From the NCBI GenBank assembly GCA_041572575.1, contig JBFFSH010000088.1, positions 1-10,125 on the forward strand: DNA of 10,125 bases, given 5' to 3'. The translations under genes and the position numbers were made by a program. Under the pieces are notes generated by a model. It had not been told where the DNA came from. It did not search any database and was given only the letters and a program-made list of their open reading frames with translations. The DNA is from Thermodesulfobacteriota bacterium (GTDB taxonomy: Bacteria > Desulfobacterota_D > UBA1144 > Nemesobacterales > N074bin48). This document shows positions 7,542 to 10,125 of this stretch, one piece after another. How positions within the stretch are numbered: position 1 is the stretch's first letter; the number at the start of each line of letters is the position of its first letter.

Positions 7542-7667
7542 ATTTTTAAAAATAATATTGAGGAATAAATTAGATAATTAAACTGGCTTTGTTTGAAAAA
7601 GTTCCTGTGGATTATTAACTATTTTGTATAACTAGTAAAGATAATCAGATTACTCATGTTTTGCAAA

Positions 7668-8861
7668 TTATTTGACATGGCTAAATTTAAATAATTCTTT
7701 AATGTAATATAGAATAAAAACAAGAAATCCTAAAAGGCAAATTGAGCCTATAAGTTTATACATATATGCGTAGCCATAATTTTCAGCGACTATACCATAA
7801 CTAAAAGCTCCTAACATCCCACCAAGAGTAAAAGCAACACTGCAAATTGAAAACACTTTACCCCTTTCACTTAATCTAGAATTATCAATAACAATTGAGT
7901 AAAGCGTAGGGTATAAAAATCCATGCCCAAACCCAAACAATAGTCCGCAAAGAATCAAATCAACCTTCTGCTCAGAAAAACCAAGATAAATAATACTAGC
8001 TGTAAAAATAACAAGGGATGGTATAACTGTTTTTATCTTTCCAATTCTATCGGGAATCCATCCAACCACCAGTCTTATGAAGAGAACTGCAAAGGTATAG
8101 CTTATAAAAAATATCTCAAATTCCATGATTTTTAGTTTTTGAGAGAAAACCGGAAGAAAGCTCAAAGTAGGTATAAATCCCGACCCTGCTATTAACAAAG
8201 TAAAAGCTGAAAGCAAGATAGCAGGTCTTTTAAGAATTTTTGTTAAGGATACGTCTTCTTCAGATAGCTTTTCATTATCGCTTGTTCTGGCTATTTTAAT
8301 ATTTAATATAAATGGAAGAGCCAATAATCCGACAATAGATATCAGTATAAAAAAATAATTGAAATCAAAATACTCTACTATTTTCCTGCCAATGAAGGGA
8401 GCGAATGCATAGTTTATAATTGTAAATACTCCAAATATACCCAACGCCTCGGTCCTGTTTTCTTTAGGAGAGACTTCTGTGACAAGTGTGCCTGCTGAAA
8501 CAAAAAATAGAGAAAAAGCAAAACCTTGCATAATCCTAAGCGCATAGATTAGCGATACTAGATTGCTTATTAGGACCAAGGGCAAGCTAGTTAAGGCAAG
8601 GAGCGTAGTGCCCATAAATAGAAGCTTCTTCTTATCATGTTTATCTACCAAATAACCAACAAATGGAGTACTGAATATTGTGCTAAAACTGGTAGCACCC
8701 ATTATATATCCTATATCACTCTCACTGCCTCCAAGTTCCTTAATCCACACAGGTAGGAGCACAAATGCGTGCATATTGAAAAAAAACAGGAAAGAACTTG
8801 CTGTTAGCAATATAAAGTTCTTATTATAAAGCCTGGAATTAAACTTTAGGATATTAGGCAT
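7668..8861 (-). CDS. Major facilitator superfamily transporter, substrate unknown
   Basis: 397 aa, about 12 hydrophobic segments in two halves, motif-A-like GYLVDKHDKK and GWIPDRIGK, RIMQG in TM4. No clear SD, so the exact start is less certain. Confidence 0.9.
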   Translation of the reverse strand: MPNILKFNSRLYNKNFILLTASSFLFFFNMHAFVLLPVWIKELGGSESDIGYIMGATSFSTIFSTPFVGYLVDKHDKKKLLFMGTTLLALTSLPLVLISNLVSLIYALRIMQGFAFSLFFVSAGTLVTEVSPKENRTEALGIFGVFTIINYAFAPFIGRKIVEYFDFNYFFILISIVGLLALPFILNIKIARTSDNEKLSEEDVSLTKILKRPAILLSAFTLLIAGSGFIPTLSFLPVFSQKLKIMEFEIFFISYTFAVLFIRLVVGWIPDRIGKIKTVIPSLVIFTASIIYLGFSEQKVDLILCGLLFGFGHGFLYPTLYSIVIDNSRLSERGKVFSICSVAFTLGGMLGAFSYGIVAENYGYAYMYKLIGSICLLGFLVFILYYIKELFKFSHVK

Positions 8862-8887
8862 TGAGAATTCATAATCAAATGGTTGTG

Positions 8888-8916
8888 TTGATTAAATATA
8901 AAATAAATATTATAAT
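8888..8916 (+). promoter_or_regulatory. Sigma70-type promoter upstream of amtB
   Basis: TTGATT (8888-8893), 17 nt, perfect TATAAT (8911-8916); predicts a start near 8922-8923 and a leader of about 100 nt. The AT-rich context lowers certainty. Confidence 0.65.
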
Positions 8917-9009
8917 CAGCAAAGGATCAAGGTACCCAATCTATATCCGCAGTACAGATTTTGCAATAACTTAGTAATAGCCAGAATGAATCAGGGTATA
9001 AAAGGATGT

Positions 9010-9016
9010 AAGGAGG
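9010..9016 (+). promoter_or_regulatory. Shine-Dalgarno of amtB
   Basis: AAGGAGG 5 nt before ATG at 9022. Confidence 0.85.
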
Positions 9017-9021
9017 CAGGT

Positions 9022-10125
9022 ATGTGTTTAAATTTACCCTTTAGAGTTTTTTCATCTCTAAAATCAATTTCAATATATTCGGTGGCAGTACTCGTAATGC
9101 TATTATTACCCGAAACGGGGCTTGGCCAGGATACCGCAGTTCTTGATACGGGCGATACCGCTTGGATCCTGATTTCTACAGGGCTTGTTTTATTTATGAT
9201 GATACCTGGTCTTGCGATGTTTTATGCAGGTTTGGTTGGCAGAAAAAACGTGCTTTCACTGTTCATGCAGTGTTTCGCTATTACAGGTGTAATAACCGTA
9301 TTGTGGGTTTTATTTGGTTACAGCATGGCATTTGATACTACGGGCATGCAGGAAGGAGTAAGAAATCTAAATTCTTTTGTAGGTGGTTTTTCAAAGGCAA
9401 TGCTTGCAGGAATTGGAATAGATACTCTTTCGGGAACTATTCCTGAGACTGTGTTTGTCACATTCCAGATGACTTTTGCAATCATCACCCCAGGACTTTT
9501 TATTGGAGCATTTGCTGAACGAATGAAATTCACAGCCATAATGGCATTTGTAATATTCTGGGCAATACTTGTTTATTTCCCTATCACTCATATGGTCTGG
9601 AGCGGTAGTGGTTCATTTCTGGGGGATATGGGAATAATAGACTTTGCCGGTGGAATTGTGGTTCATATTACTGCAGGTGTAGCAGCTTTATTTGCAGCTA
9701 TAATGGTAGGTAAAAGAAGAGGATATCCTACTACTATAAGACCTCCACATAATATGACGCTTACTCTAACAGGAACTGCAATGCTGTGGGTAGGATGGTT
9801 TGGTTTTAATGGAGGAAGTGCCCTTGCTGCAAACGGCCAGGCTGGTATGGCGGTGCTTGTTACTCAGATTTCCCCTTGTCTTGCTGCTCTTACATGGATA
9901 ACTATAGAATGGATAAAAGCGGGAAAGCCTAGCGCTCTTGGTTTTGCTACAGGTGCTATTGCAGGGCTTGCCGCAATCACCCCGGCCTCAGGATCTGTTG
10001 GCCCGCTTGGCGCTATAGTAATTGGTATTAGTTCGGGATTTCTTGCCAATATTGCTTCAACATCAATAAAACAAAAACTGGGTTATGATGATGCGCTTGA
10101 TGTTGTAGGTGTACACGGAGTCGGC
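9022..10125 (+). CDS. amtB: Ammonium transporter AmtB (Amt/Mep family), 368 codons visible, continues beyond right edge
   Basis: Manual translation, open throughout: signal-like N-terminus, GDTAWILISTGLVLFM, PGLAMFYAGLV, FQMTFAIITP, AERMKF, HMVW, DFAGGIVVH, WVGWFGFNGGS, GLAAITP, YDDALDVVGVHGVG. Both twin-His residues, the Phe gate and the Trp/Ser binding-site residues appear intact. Absent from the ORF track because there is no stop in the window. Confidence 0.98.
   Translation, partial: MCLNLPFRVFSSLKSISIYSVAVLVMLLLPETGLGQDTAVLDTGDTAWILISTGLVLFMMIPGLAMFYAGLVGRKNVLSLFMQCFAITGVITVLWVLFGYSMAFDTTGMQEGVRNLNSFVGGFSKAMLAGIGIDTLSGTIPETVFVTFQMTFAIITPGLFIGAFAERMKFTAIMAFVIFWAILVYFPITHMVWSGSGSFLGDMGIIDFAGGIVVHITAGVAALFAAIMVGKRRGYPTTIRPPHNMTLTLTGTAMLWVGWFGFNGGSALAANGQAGMAVLVTQISPCLAALTWITIEWIKAGKPSALGFATGAIAGLAAITPASGSVGPLGAIVIGISSGFLANIASTSIKQKLGYDDALDVVGVHGVG

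Noticed and set aside
8779..8786. A8 homopolymer near the MFS 5' end as a phase-variation tract
   Set aside because: Short for an AT-rich genome, encodes consecutive Phe in TM1, frame intact.
9318..10049. Three short minus-strand ORFs (9318-9539, 9391-9591, 9864-10049), one Cys-rich
   Set aside because: All lie antisense to the well-conserved amtB frame; the Cys/His content arises from reverse-complemented codons.
1..10125. CRISPR array, IS element, retron or other defence/accessory system
   Set aside because: Every interval is accounted for by core genes; the largest intergenic gaps are under 200 nt and show no periodic repeats or terminal inverted repeats.

Overview
AT-rich bacterial chromosomal window of a diderm (outer-membrane) organism, almost entirely core housekeeping. 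Minus strand, in transcription order: MFS transporter, then lysS-lolC/E(F)-lolD-bamA-skp(ompH)-fabZ, a probable intrinsic terminator, a strong stable-RNA-type sigma70 promoter, and the classical tRNA-Thr(TGT)-Tyr(GTA)-Gly(TCC)-Thr(GGT)-tuf cluster (tuf runs off the left edge). Plus strand: a divergent ammonium transporter (amtB, missed by the ORF track, runs off the right edge). The lysS-lol-bamA-ompH order resembles Desulfobacterota/Deltaproteobacteria-like lineages (inference only). I see no mobile element, CRISPR array or defence system, and cannot support a clearly new biological system. The two most interesting points are (1) the lipid A genes lpxD and lpxA/lpxB, which normally flank fabZ in this operon, are cleanly absent on both sides, and (2) the 160-bp MFS/amtB intergenic region is dense with candidate signals: a sigma70 promoter, an inverted repeat/IHF match over its -35, a degenerate sigma54-like site, a CsrA-like site next to the RBS, and alternative leader pairings.
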